Below, in pieces: positions 1 to 10,079 of a stretch of 48,114 nt of DNA. This DNA comes from an uncultured Alteromonas sp. (GTDB taxonomy: Bacteria > Pseudomonadota > Gammaproteobacteria > Enterobacterales > Alteromonadaceae). Location: contig CAZDUT010000001.1 in NCBI GenBank assembly GCA_964508695.1, positions 1 to 48,114 on the forward strand. The letters run 5' to 3'. The notes under the pieces are model-generated. The model did no database searches and was not told the DNA's origin. It worked only from the letters and a program-made list of their open reading frames with translations. Within the stretch, counting starts at the first letter, position 1; every line of letters starts with the position of its first letter. The position numbers and the translations under genes are program-made.

Positions 1-1
1 C

Positions 2-361
<360 letters not shown>

Positions 362-394
362 CGCCATCAGAGTTTACTTGCGGAGAGAATAACA

Positions 395-1642
395 ATGGAA
401 ATCACATTTGAACTTGGGTATGCACTGGATACCTTTTACTTTTTAATTTGTGGCGCGTTAGTCATGTGGATGGCTGCCGGCTTTGCGATGCTTGAGGCCG
501 GCCTGGTACGCGCTAAAAATACCACTGAAATTCTGACTAAGAATATCGCGTTGTTCGCCATCGCCTGTACCATGTATATGATTTGTGGCTACGGCATCAT
601 GTACGGTGGCGACAACTGGGGAATGTTCTTAAGCGGTATTATGAGTGATGGCGCTACCGGTGTGGCCGAAGATCCGGCAACCTATGCGCCGTCAGCAGAT
701 TTTTACTTCCAGGTAGTATTTGTTGCCACAGCAATGTCAATTGTGTCGGGAGCGGTCGCAGAGCGTATGAAACTGTGGGCGTTTCTGGCATTTACCGTGG
801 TCATGACCGGGTTTATCTATCCAATGGAAGGCGCCTGGACCTGGGGTGGCGAAGCGGTATTTGGCATGTATACGTTAGGCGATCTGGGCTTCTCTGATTT
901 CGCCGGCTCTGGCATTGTGCATATGGCCGGTGCGGCCGCAGCGCTGGCTGGCGTATTGGTGCTTGGAGCCCGTAAAGGCAAGTACACCGCAGACGGACGG
1001 ATCAACGCGATCCCCGGTGCCAACCTGCCGCTGGCCACGCTGGGTACCTTCATCCTGTGGATGGGCTGGTTTGGCTTTAACGGTGGCTCGGTACTGGCTA
1101 CGGCGACAGTTGAAAGTGCAAACGCTGTAGCGGTTGTATTTATGAATACAAACGCCGCTGCCGCGGGCGGTACGATTGCTGCACTGTTGCTGGCGCGTAT
1201 TATGTTCGGCAAGGCTGACCTGACCATGGCACTTAATGGTGCGCTGGCTGGTCTGGTTGCAATCACGGCGGAGCCGTCAACCCCGACGCCATTACAGGCC
1301 ACTATTTTCGGTGCCTTGGGCGGTATTTTGGTGGTATTCAGTATCGTCGCACTCGATAAGATGAAAATTGATGATCCGGTCGGTGCTATTTCGGTACACG
1401 GCACCGTGGGTCTGTTGGGCTTGCTGCTGGTGCCGGTTACTAACGACGGGGCTGAATTCACCGGCCAGATCATCGGTGCCCTGACCATCTTTGTTTGGGT
1501 ATTCGTGGTCAGTCTGGTGGTGTGGCTTATTCTTAAGGCTATCATCGGTATACGGGTGAGCCAGGAAGAAGAGTTCGACGGTGTGGATGTCAGTGAGTGC
1601 GGCCTTGAAGCTTACCCTGACTTCACAGGCAGCCGTTCATAA
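395..1642 (+). CDS. amtB: Ammonium transporter
   Basis: Hydrophobic 415 aa; motifs DFAGSGIVH, LWMGWFGFNGGS, DDPVGAISVHG; canonical glnK-amtB operon. Confidence 0.96.
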   Translation: MEITFELGYALDTFYFLICGALVMWMAAGFAMLEAGLVRAKNTTEILTKNIALFAIACTMYMICGYGIMYGGDNWGMFLSGIMSDGATGVAEDPATYAPSADFYFQVVFVATAMSIVSGAVAERMKLWAFLAFTVVMTGFIYPMEGAWTWGGEAVFGMYTLGDLGFSDFAGSGIVHMAGAAAALAGVLVLGARKGKYTADGRINAIPGANLPLATLGTFILWMGWFGFNGGSVLATATVESANAVAVVFMNTNAAAAGGTIAALLLARIMFGKADLTMALNGALAGLVAITAEPSTPTPLQATIFGALGGILVVFSIVALDKMKIDDPVGAISVHGTVGLLGLLLVPVTNDGAEFTGQIIGALTIFVWVFVVSLVVWLILKAIIGIRVSQEEEFDGVDVSECGLEAYPDFTGSRS

Positions 1643-1713
1643 ACCGACGTCTGAGTGGGTGATCCGTTAACGGAAAATAATAAAAAGAGATAACGCCCAA
1701 CTTACCCTGTCTG

Positions 1714-1738
1714 AGCCCCGCGATTGCGGGGCTTTTTT
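1714..1738 (+). terminator. Intrinsic terminator of glnK-amtB
   Basis: AGCCCCGC-GATT-GCGGGGCT followed by a T run. Confidence 0.9.
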
Positions 1739-1867
1739 ATGCCCCGCGTATCTGGCATGTCGCCCTCGTCCAGTCAGTTTCGATTACAATGCCAATGCAT
1801 GGTGATTATACATTCTCACTTTATTTCAATAGTATAGCGATACAGCTTTCGCGACCCTGAGGAACCT

Positions 1868-3556
1868 ATGCAACTCGTACGACTACTTACCGCAATTGCA
1901 TTGTTTAGCGTGACATCTGTCAGCGCCTACGACCGTATTACCGGTAAACCCTTTGCCTCACGCTCTGAGGTACTGGCGCAAAACGGTATGGCGGCGACCA
2001 GTCAGCCGCTGGCCACACAGGCGGCACTGGATATCCTGAAACAAGGCGGAAATGCCGTCGATGCAGCCATTGCGGCGAATGCTGTGCTCGGGCTGGTAGA
2101 ACCGACCGGTAGCGGCATCGGTGGCGATCTGTTCGCCATTGTCTGGGACGCAAAGAACAAGGAGCTGGTCGGGCTAAATGGCTCGGGTCGCTCACCCCAA
2201 GGGCTTAAGAAGTCAGAGTTCAGTGCCCGTGGGCATACCAGTATTCCTTCTTTTGGCCCGTTGCCGGTCTCGGTTCCCGGTGCCGTGGATGGCTGGTTTA
2301 TGTTGCACGAGCGGTTTGGTGAGCTGCCTATGACCACCGTCCTGACACCGGCTATTACCTACGCCAAAGAGGGTTTTCCGGTATCAGAGCTCATCGCTTA
2401 TTACTGGCAAATGAACGTAGAACGTATCGGTCATTACGACGGCTTTAGCGATATCTTCATGCCCCAGGGGCGTGCGCCACGAGAAGGTGAGGTATTCAGA
2501 AACCCGGCATTGGCAGCCACCTACGAAAAAATCGCTACCGGCGGTCGTGATGCATTTTACAAGGGCGATATCGCGCGGACGATTGACGCCTATATGAAAG
2601 AGCAGGGTGGTTTTTTATCCTATGAAGATATGGCGATGCACACTGGCGAGTGGGTCAAACCCGTATCGTCCAATTATCGCGGTTACGATGTCTGGGAACT
2701 GCCGCCCAATGGTCAGGGCATTGCAGCACTGCAAATTCTGAATATTCTGGAGCGCTATGACATCGAGGGCATGGGCTTTGGCTCTGCCGATTATATTCAT
2801 ACATTTGTTGAGGCGAAGAAACTGGCGTTTGCTGATCGCGCGAAATTTTATGCCGATATGGACTTTGCCGATGTCCCGGTAGACACGCTTATTTCTAAAG
2901 ATTATGCCAAAAAACGCCAGGCGCTGATTGATCCCCGCAAAGCGGCCGACCGTGTTGATGCTGGTGTGATCGACGGCGATACCGTATACCTGACGGTTGC
3001 CGACAAGCAGGGCAATATGGTGTCGCTGATCCAGAGTAATTATCGCGGTATGGGCTCGGGCATGACGCCGCCGGGACTCGGTTTTATTCTGCAAAACCGC
3101 GGTGAACTTTTTACGCTGCAGGAAGGCCACCGCAACGAATATGCGCCGGGTAAGCGCCCCTTCCATACCATCATTCCGGCGTTTGTTACCCGTAACGGTC
3201 AACCCTTTCTTAGCTTCGGGGTGATGGGGGGCGCTACGCAGCCGCAAATGCATGCGCAAATTGTGGTGAACGTGATTGATTTTGGGATGAATTTGCAAGA
3301 GGCTGGCGACGCGCCACGTATTTTACACAGTGGGTCGGGCAGCCCTACCGGGGCGATAATGCGGGACGGGGGATATGTAAGCCTGGAGTCCGGTATTGAG
3401 CAAACCGTCAAACGGGCACTGATGGAGCGCGGTCATACCTTACAGCCTGTCATTGGTGCATTTGGTGGGTATCAGGCGATTGGTTGGGATGCGAAGCAAA
3501 AGGTCTATCGCGGTGCATCGGAGAGCCGAAAAGATGGACAGGCAGCTGGCTATTAA
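1868..3556 (+). CDS. ggt: Gamma-glutamyltransferase (Ntn hydrolase), exported
   Basis: Signal peptide; GGNAVDAAIA, GIGGDLF, nucleophile Thr in GDTVYLTVAD, PGKRPFHTIIP, C-terminal SESRKDGQAAGY. Confidence 0.93.
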   Translation: MQLVRLLTAIALFSVTSVSAYDRITGKPFASRSEVLAQNGMAATSQPLATQAALDILKQGGNAVDAAIAANAVLGLVEPTGSGIGGDLFAIVWDAKNKELVGLNGSGRSPQGLKKSEFSARGHTSIPSFGPLPVSVPGAVDGWFMLHERFGELPMTTVLTPAITYAKEGFPVSELIAYYWQMNVERIGHYDGFSDIFMPQGRAPREGEVFRNPALAATYEKIATGGRDAFYKGDIARTIDAYMKEQGGFLSYEDMAMHTGEWVKPVSSNYRGYDVWELPPNGQGIAALQILNILERYDIEGMGFGSADYIHTFVEAKKLAFADRAKFYADMDFADVPVDTLISKDYAKKRQALIDPRKAADRVDAGVIDGDTVYLTVADKQGNMVSLIQSNYRGMGSGMTPPGLGFILQNRGELFTLQEGHRNEYAPGKRPFHTIIPAFVTRNGQPFLSFGVMGGATQPQMHAQIVVNVIDFGMNLQEAGDAPRILHSGSGSPTGAIMRDGGYVSLESGIEQTVKRALMERGHTLQPVIGAFGGYQAIGWDAKQKVYRGASESRKDGQAAGY

Positions 3557-3646
3557 GACACACTGAGTCGCTGGTGGTATTATAATCTAAATGCGCACTG
3601 GCAGACGTAACGCACTGCTTAAAACAGGACAACGATAAGAATAACC

Positions 3647-4564
3647 ATGGCACAACCACAAAAGGGCATTTGTGCAGAGCCAAACCTGCACGCACAATAT
3701 TTGCTGTTTAATGTTGTTGATGACGACAGCCAGGCCGTGCGATCAAAACTGGCCCGGGTGCTCGATGTGTTCGATCACTATGAAAATGAACATTATGAGG
3801 CCATGCTGACGGGGCTGATTGCGGTTGGCACCAATTACTGGTGTGAGCTCTATCCGGGCCCAATCCCACAGGGACTGACGCCATTTCCAGATATGCAGTG
3901 TGAAGATCGGAGCGCACCGTCCACGCCCTGTGACTTATTCATTCAGATCCGCGCTGACCGTCTGGATATTTGCCATGCTATCGGCATTGAAGTGATGGAG
4001 CTGTTGCGCCTGCATGTTGAGCTGGTTGAACAGGTGCGCGGTTTTCGTTACCTCGATGGCCGCGACCTGAACGGCTTTATGTATGCGTCTGACAACCCGC
4101 GTGGCCTCAAACGACGGGAAATCGCGATCATCGGCGAAGATGATGCAGATTTCAGCGGTGGCAGTTATATTCATGTCCAGCGCTTTCGCCACGACCTGCG
4201 CCGCTGGGCAGCGTTGTCGGCCCGTCAGCAGGAGCAGGTGATGGGCACCACGCAGGAGCACAACCTGCCAAGCAAAGAGCAATCTGAGTCGTCGCACTGT
4301 GTGCGCGCGGGCAGTGCGGTATTTGCTGAGAGCGGCGTCACGCTGCTTAAGCAAGGCATGCCATACGGGGACATGGTGTCACAGGGGTTGTTTTTCGTCA
4401 GTTGCAGTGCCAGCTCATCCGGGTTCAAAGCGATGCTGCACAGCCAGATTGTCGGCAACGGTGATGGTGACTATGATCGCTGGCTGGACTTCACCAGTGC
4501 CGAGACTGGCGCGGCTTTTTTTGCCCCATCGCTCAGTTTTATCCGGCAAATGTCGAAAGTCTGA
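3647..4564 (+). CDS. Dyp-type (YfeX-like) peroxidase-family heme protein with divergent active site
   Basis: GFRYLDGRDLNGF, GGSYIHVQRFRHDL, QEQVMG, proximal SH, MPYG, GLFFVS and TGAAFFAPS blocks; the GxxDG motif reads GFMYA. Confidence 0.88.
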   Translation: MAQPQKGICAEPNLHAQYLLFNVVDDDSQAVRSKLARVLDVFDHYENEHYEAMLTGLIAVGTNYWCELYPGPIPQGLTPFPDMQCEDRSAPSTPCDLFIQIRADRLDICHAIGIEVMELLRLHVELVEQVRGFRYLDGRDLNGFMYASDNPRGLKRREIAIIGEDDADFSGGSYIHVQRFRHDLRRWAALSARQQEQVMGTTQEHNLPSKEQSESSHCVRAGSAVFAESGVTLLKQGMPYGDMVSQGLFFVSCSASSSGFKAMLHSQIVGNGDGDYDRWLDFTSAETGAAFFAPSLSFIRQMSKV

Positions 4565-4570
4565 GCTGGT

Positions 4571-5653
4571 TTAGTATGGCGGCAGCGCGCCATCCCACTC
4601 CTGTGCTCGGGTTGGACTGCGATAGCGATGACAAATGTTGATATGGTGCTGCACCAGCGGATCCTCCGGACTCAGTGTCAGCGCGCGATTAAAGTGCGCC
4701 AATGCCTCATCCCAGGATTGGTCAATACGACAGGCGATACCTGCAGCAATATGCGCACCGACTGCCTGACGGGGAGTGCGGATTTGCTCAGGCAAATGCT
4801 CCAGCACCTCGTAAATTTCAATGGGGGCCTTACGGCCTTTTACCCGCACCCAATCAAGCATCCGTGTGGACACGGAGAAATGCGCGGGAAAGGTGTTGCG
4901 TACCTGGGCGCTGATAACAATGTCGGCATCATAGGCCGGTGCGAGTGATTCAAGCCGGTAAGCAATATTGACGCTGTCACCAATCACAGTGGTATCCATG
5001 CGGTCATCGGAACCCACGGTGCCCAGAATGACCGGACCATAGTGGATGCCAATGCCGACATTGATAGCGGCATAACCACTTTTTTGCCGGTGCTGGTTGT
5101 AGATATCCAATGCCTTTCTCAGATCCAGCGCGGCGTTCAGCGCATCACAGACTTTGTCCTGCGCAGACCCGCCGGGATGATCGAACAAGGCCATGATCGC
5201 ATCGCCGATAAACTTATCAATAAACCCGCCGTTTTGATGAATGGGCTCATTCATGCGTAAAAAGTACGAATTCAGAAAATTCATCAGTTCCTGCGGGCGC
5301 ATCTGTTCTGACAAGCCGGTGAAGCCCCGGATATCGCAAAATAATATGGCGACTTCATCTTCGTCAGCATGACCGAGTTCAAGGGTTTGTGAGCCATGCT
5401 TGGCAAAATGCTCGACGAATTGCCGGGGGACAAACTTCTGAAATGTCTGTGTCAGACGCTTGGCCTCATCGGCCCGTTCCCTGATGCGCTGCTCCTTGTC
5501 CCGGGCACTGTCAGCGTCGCGACGCGACGGATTTGGCACCGGCGGCAAGGCCGGTGCCTGTTGTCTGCTGCGCAACCACAGCACAGTTACAATACAGGCA
5601 TAACCTGAAACAACTGCGAGCAGTCCAGCAAATATAGCCAGCATTGATGTCAC
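4571..5653 (-). CDS. Class III adenylate/guanylate cyclase with one N-terminal TM helix and a C-terminal TPR-like segment
   Basis: LFCDIRGFT, IDKFIGDAIMA, TVIGDSVNIAYRLE; TPR-like WDEALAHFNRALTLSPED. GTG start; an alternative ATG lies at 5644. Confidence 0.9.
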   Translation of the reverse strand: MTSMLAIFAGLLAVVSGYACIVTVLWLRSRQQAPALPPVPNPSRRDADSARDKEQRIRERADEAKRLTQTFQKFVPRQFVEHFAKHGSQTLELGHADEDEVAILFCDIRGFTGLSEQMRPQELMNFLNSYFLRMNEPIHQNGGFIDKFIGDAIMALFDHPGGSAQDKVCDALNAALDLRKALDIYNQHRQKSGYAAINVGIGIHYGPVILGTVGSDDRMDTTVIGDSVNIAYRLESLAPAYDADIVISAQVRNTFPAHFSVSTRMLDWVRVKGRKAPIEIYEVLEHLPEQIRTPRQAVGAHIAAGIACRIDQSWDEALAHFNRALTLSPEDPLVQHHINICHRYRSPTRAQEWDGALPPY

Positions 5654-5677
5654 AATACGCAGACTCCGGTGACAGAT

Positions 5678-6958
5678 TTATAAACGGCTAAACACCCTGT
5701 CAGCCGCTTCCAGCGTCTGTGCTACGATATCCTTGTCATGCACCTTGGAAACAAAGCCCGCTTCATACGAGGCTGGCGCCAGGTAAACTCCTTCATCAAG
5801 CATGCCGTGATAGAACGTTTTGAAACGCTCGGTATCGCAGTTAATGGCTTGCTGGTAATTTGTCACCTTTTTTACGTCGGTAAAAAATATCCCGAACATG
5901 CTGCCGGCCACATTGGTGGTGAGCGGAATGTTATATTTGTCGGCAATGGCCTGCATGCCATCTGCCAGTGCCTGGGTGTTTTCAAATATCGACGTATACA
6001 TATCGGCTTGCTCAAGCTGAGTGAGCGCTGCCAGGCCGGCGGCCATGGCCACCGGGTTACCAGACAGCGTACCCGCCTGGTACACAGGCCCGGTAGGTGA
6101 AATGTAAGTGATAATGTCGCGTTTGCCGCCAAAGGCACCTACTGGCATGCCGCCACCAATAACTTTACCCAGGCAGGTTAAATCGGGCGTAACCTTGTAG
6201 CGTTCCTGGGCACCGCCGCGCGACACCCGAAAACCCGTCATTACCTCATCGAAAATCAGAACACTGCCGGCATCGTCACAAATTTCACGCAGACCTTCCA
6301 GGAAGCCGTCAACGGGCGGAATGCAGTTCATGTTGCCCGCCACAGGCTCAACAATGATGCAGGCAATGTCGTCGCCGTGTTCTTCAAACACTGCACGCAC
6401 ACTGTCGAGGTTGTTAAATTCGACGGTCAGGGTGTGCTGGGCTACGTCGGCCGGCACGCCAGGTGAGCTGGGTACGCCCAGCGTCAGAGCGCCAGATCCT
6501 GCCTTCACCAGCAGTGAGTCGGCGTGGCCGTGGTAGCAGCCTTCGAATTTTACAATTTTGTTGCGTCCTGTGTAGCCGCGTGCCAGCCGGATAGACGACA
6601 TGGTGGCTTCAGTACCGGAATTCACCATCCGTACCATTTCCATTGACGGCACCATCTGATTGACCTTCTCAGCCATCAGCACTTCCGCTTCGGTGGGGGC
6701 ACCAAACGACAGCCCTTCGTGCGCCGCAGCGATCACGGCCTCGCGTATCTTGTCGTTGTTGTGGCCTAATACCATAGGGCCCCATGACTGCACATAGTCG
6801 ATATACTTTTTACCGTCTGCATCCCAGATATAAGGCCCGTCTGCCTTGGTGATAAACGGCGGTGTGCCACCGACCGCTTTAAACGCGCGTACCGGCGAGT
6901 TAACGCCACCGGGAATGGTTTTTTGTGCTCGGGTAAATAAGGCTTCAGATTTTTGCAT
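5678..6958 (-). CDS. hemL: Glutamate-1-semialdehyde 2,1-aminomutase
   Basis: [33 protein letters not shown] lysine in [18 protein letters not shown]. Confidence 0.97.
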   Translation of the reverse strand: MQKSEALFTRAQKTIPGGVNSPVRAFKAVGGTPPFITKADGPYIWDADGKKYIDYVQSWGPMVLGHNNDKIREAVIAAAHEGLSFGAPTEAEVLMAEKVNQMVPSMEMVRMVNSGTEATMSSIRLARGYTGRNKIVKFEGCYHGHADSLLVKAGSGALTLGVPSSPGVPADVAQHTLTVEFNNLDSVRAVFEEHGDDIACIIVEPVAGNMNCIPPVDGFLEGLREICDDAGSVLIFDEVMTGFRVSRGGAQERYKVTPDLTCLGKVIGGGMPVGAFGGKRDIITYISPTGPVYQAGTLSGNPVAMAAGLAALTQLEQADMYTSIFENTQALADGMQAIADKYNIPLTTNVAGSMFGIFFTDVKKVTNYQQAINCDTERFKTFYHGMLDEGVYLAPASYEAGFVSKVHDKDIVAQTLEAADRVFSRL

Positions 6959-6963
6959 CGTAA

Positions 6964-7977
6964 TTAAGTGCTCTTTTTGCTGGTCCAGATAACGTCGCGT
7001 TCATACTGAGAAACGAGATCCTCAACGCCGAGAGTGAGGGCAAACAGTGCCATTCTCACCAGCACGCCGTTATCGGTTTGACGAAAGATTGCAAGATTCG
7101 GGTTAAGGTTGAGATCATTGTCCAATTCATTGGCCTCCATACGCGAGTCGCGGGGAAGCGGATGCATGATCACGGTTTTCGATTGGAAGTGACGGGTATA
7201 AATCGCCTGGTTCAGGCGAAACTTTCCCCGGTACTTATTGGCTTCATCCTGAGAAGGGAAGCGCTCTTCCTGAATACGGGTCTGGTAGCAGATATCTGCA
7301 TCCATATTGCCTTCAAGTTGCTCAGTGATGGTCAGCCGGTGTCCGGCGTTTTCGATGGCATCAATGATAGGCTGCGGCATGGCCAGTTCTTTGGGCGAGA
7401 TCAGGGTAAACCTGACATTGTTGTACAGGCACAACAGACGCGACAGCGAGTGAACCGTTCGTCCGTAGCGAAGATCACCGATCATGGCGATATGCAGACC
7501 ATCAATGCCTTTGTCGTGATATTCCAGTTCCCGCTTAATGGTGTACAGGTCAAGCAGCGCTTGTGTCGGGTGCTCATTGGCGCCGTCACCGCCGTTAATG
7601 ACAGGCACCCGGCTGCCTTCCGCGAACTCGGCGACCGACCCGGCTGCGGGATGACGCATAGCGATGATGTCAGAATAGCCACTGAGTACGCGGGCGGTAT
7701 CAAATAACGATTCGCCTTTGGCCAGCGCCGAATTATCCATGCCAGTTGTTTCGCGCACTTCTCCGCCAAGCAGATTAAAGGCGGTACCAAAGCTTACCCG
7801 GGTGCGGGTGCTGGGCTCGAAAAACAGGTTGCCGAGAATTGCCCCGTCCAGCACGGTGGTTCGCTTTTCGCGGCGCGCATAAGGCTGCATCGAGTGCGCA
7901 ACCTGAAACACCCGCTCGATGGCATCTCGGTCAAACTGGCTGACTGAAAGAATGTGGTTACCTGTAAACTCTGACAT
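6964..7977 (-). CDS. pyrB: Aspartate carbamoyltransferase catalytic subunit
   Basis: [45 protein letters not shown]. Confidence 0.95.
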   Translation of the reverse strand: MSEFTGNHILSVSQFDRDAIERVFQVAHSMQPYARREKRTTVLDGAILGNLFFEPSTRTRVSFGTAFNLLGGEVRETTGMDNSALAKGESLFDTARVLSGYSDIIAMRHPAAGSVAEFAEGSRVPVINGGDGANEHPTQALLDLYTIKRELEYHDKGIDGLHIAMIGDLRYGRTVHSLSRLLCLYNNVRFTLISPKELAMPQPIIDAIENAGHRLTITEQLEGNMDADICYQTRIQEERFPSQDEANKYRGKFRLNQAIYTRHFQSKTVIMHPLPRDSRMEANELDNDLNLNPNLAIFRQTDNGVLVRMALFALTLGVEDLVSQYERDVIWTSKKST

Positions 7978-8129
7978 AACAAACCCTGACGAAGGTAAAG
8001 TGCGCGTAGTTTAGCAAAAAGCCGTAAACCTGTAGAGTATTTGCTGTGGAAGTTAGGGATAATTCGTGCGCAGAAAATGCGCGCCTGGTATGAGTGTTGA
8101 CGAAGGTTCCAATAACGTCGTTGCCCGGG

Positions 8130-8792
8130 TTATTGACCTATCGCATGCCGGAATAAAACATCGATATGCGTCACAACGTGGTCGACGTGCTGGTCAATTT
8201 CTGCTTCCTGCATACAAACGGTTAATCCGCATAGTAACCTGAGCATCACGTCACTTTTTAACAGGCTAATGTAATCCGACGCCATTGCCCGGGCCTGGGC
8301 GTCTGACAGGCGCTGTTCACTGTAGGCCATAAACAACGCCGCTAAACCATCCAGACTGGCCTGTAGACCCGCCTGATAAAACAACTCCGCCACGTGGGGA
8401 GTGTTTTTCGCTTCACTGATTACGACACGGTACATGGCAATGACTTCCGGATCCTGTATCAGACGCATAAACCGGGTGCCTATTGTCGTCAGGCACGCTG
8501 TCATTGGCAGACCGCAGTGGTCGTGGCCTACCAATTGCGTGGGATCAAGGTCGTAGGACTGACATTTTTTGGTGATGGCAGCCTGAAACAGGGCGTCTTT
8601 ACTTTCAAAATGTGAATAGACAGTTTGCTTCGACACGCCTGAATGGCGGGCAATGTTATCCATTGAGGTACTGGCGAAGCCGGCGGACAAAAACTGATCA
8701 CTGGCCGCTTTGAGGATCTTCTGACGCTTTTCTTCACTTTTTGGACGGCCTGCCTTGCTGCGCCCGGCACTGGCTGCGCGAGAGTCGGTCAT
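8130..8792 (-). CDS. TetR/AcrR family transcriptional regulator
   Basis: N-terminal HTH GFASTSMDNIARHSGVSKQTVYSHFESKDALF; divergent from the RND operon. Confidence 0.92.
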   Translation of the reverse strand: MTDSRAASAGRSKAGRPKSEEKRQKILKAASDQFLSAGFASTSMDNIARHSGVSKQTVYSHFESKDALFQAAITKKCQSYDLDPTQLVGHDHCGLPMTACLTTIGTRFMRLIQDPEVIAMYRVVISEAKNTPHVAELFYQAGLQASLDGLAALFMAYSEQRLSDAQARAMASDYISLLKSDVMLRLLCGLTVCMQEAEIDQHVDHVVTHIDVLFRHAIGQ

Positions 8793-8821
8793 ATTTCAGT
8801 CAAATCCTCTTTAATTTTCAA

Positions 8822-8836
8822 ACTGGACGGTCTAGT
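8822..8836. promoter_or_regulatory. Candidate TetR operator (imperfect inverted repeat)
   Basis: ACTGGAC-G-GTCTAGT (7-1-7, one mismatch) in the 111-bp divergent spacer. Confidence 0.6.
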
Positions 8837-8903
8837 ATTGTTAATCTAGCATAGAGAATAGCCACTTGCCATTTTCATTGTGCACCCTGTGTAAGGATAT
8901 AGG

Positions 8904-10079
8904 ATGACATCATCTTCACCCCCACCCGCAAGCCAAAATCACTCAGGCTTCGGTTACCTGTATGCCGCCATGGCATTGTTTCTGGTGTTACTTGTTATTC
9001 TGCTGTGGAGTGCGGGCGCCGGACAGGCACAATCCACAGCTCCCCCCCGCAGTGTCGAAACCGTTACGACAGCGACTGTCACTATTCAGAAGGGGTTTAC
9101 CGTGCCCACCCGGGTACGCGGCCTGGTGGAGTCGTCACAGTCTGCAAGATTGAGTTTCGATGTAGCCGGCAGCCTTGTCAGTCTCCACGCTGATGAGGGA
9201 GAGGCGGTCACCCGGGGGCAGCTACTGGCGTCGCTGGACACCGCACGACTTACCGCTCGCCAGCGTGAACTTAACGCCACGTTAGACAGAGCCAACGCCA
9301 ATGCCAGACTGGCGCAATTAAGCATGTCCCGTATTGACGATCTGGTGAAACAGAAGCTTGAGTCGTCACAACGTCAGGATGAAGCCAGCGCACAACTGAG
9401 CGCGGCGAATGCGCAGGTCAGGGAAACGGAAGCGGCGCTGGCCGCCATTGATGTGGAAATTGAAAAATCGCGGTTATACGCGCCCTTTGACGGAGAGATA
9501 ACCGCACGTTTTGTTGATGAGGGGACCACACTGACGCCGGGCATGGCCATTTTTGCGTTGAGTAATAATAGTCAGTTACAGGCGCGGTTTGCCTTACCCG
9601 CCAGTGATGTCCACCGTTTTTCCCGTGATCAGACTGTACGCGTTGAGGTCGCGGGCCGTACACTTGATGCGACCGTCACGCAACGGGTGGCCCAGCGGCG
9701 AACGCAGACCCGTACCGTCGACATACTGGTTACCTTTCCCCCCTCCGCTGCCCTTTTACCGGGTGACATGGCAGAAATGGTGCTGTCGCGGGAGCGCGCT
9801 GAACACGGTGCCTGGGTGCCTGTGACGGCATTGAGTAACGGCTTGCGCGGCCTGTGGACGGTGTTCGTACTGAATGATGACACTGATGATGACGGTGCGC
9901 AGAAGGTCACCGCACGCAGTGTTGAGGTAGTGTATACCGATGGCGAGCGAGCGTTCGTGCAGGGCGCGCTGCGCGATGGTGAAACGTACGTGCGCGGGGG
10001 AACGCATAAGTTAAGTCCGGGTCAGTGGGTAGTCACTCACGATAAAGCAGCTAATATTTCAAGGGCTGGCGGACAATGA
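8904..10079 (+). CDS. RND efflux periplasmic adaptor (MFP) subunit
   Basis: N-terminal membrane anchor, lipoyl halves (FDVAGSLVSLHADEGEAVTRGQLLASLD, LYAPFDGEIT), helical hairpin; TAAGGA RBS; ATGA overlap with the next gene. Confidence 0.93.
   Translation: MTSSSPPPASQNHSGFGYLYAAMALFLVLLVILLWSAGAGQAQSTAPPRSVETVTTATVTIQKGFTVPTRVRGLVESSQSARLSFDVAGSLVSLHADEGEAVTRGQLLASLDTARLTARQRELNATLDRANANARLAQLSMSRIDDLVKQKLESSQRQDEASAQLSAANAQVRETEAALAAIDVEIEKSRLYAPFDGEITARFVDEGTTLTPGMAIFALSNNSQLQARFALPASDVHRFSRDQTVRVEVAGRTLDATVTQRVAQRRTQTRTVDILVTFPPSAALLPGDMAEMVLSRERAEHGAWVPVTALSNGLRGLWTVFVLNDDTDDDGAQKVTARSVEVVYTDGERAFVQGALRDGETYVRGGTHKLSPGQWVVTHDKAANISRAGGQ

Noticed and set aside
817-1545. 242-aa antisense ORF inside amtB, and similar long shadow ORFs (2615-3298, 7078-7707, 36881-37504, 40490-41200, 45656-46195)
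   Set aside because: They lie opposite well-supported genes and show no recognisable motifs; typical antisense shadows.
1801-1820. GGTGATTATACATTCTCACT upstream of ggt as a Fur or CRP site
   Set aside because: Half-site spacing is wrong for both: 7-2-7 instead of the Fur 7-1-7, and N10 instead of the CRP N6.
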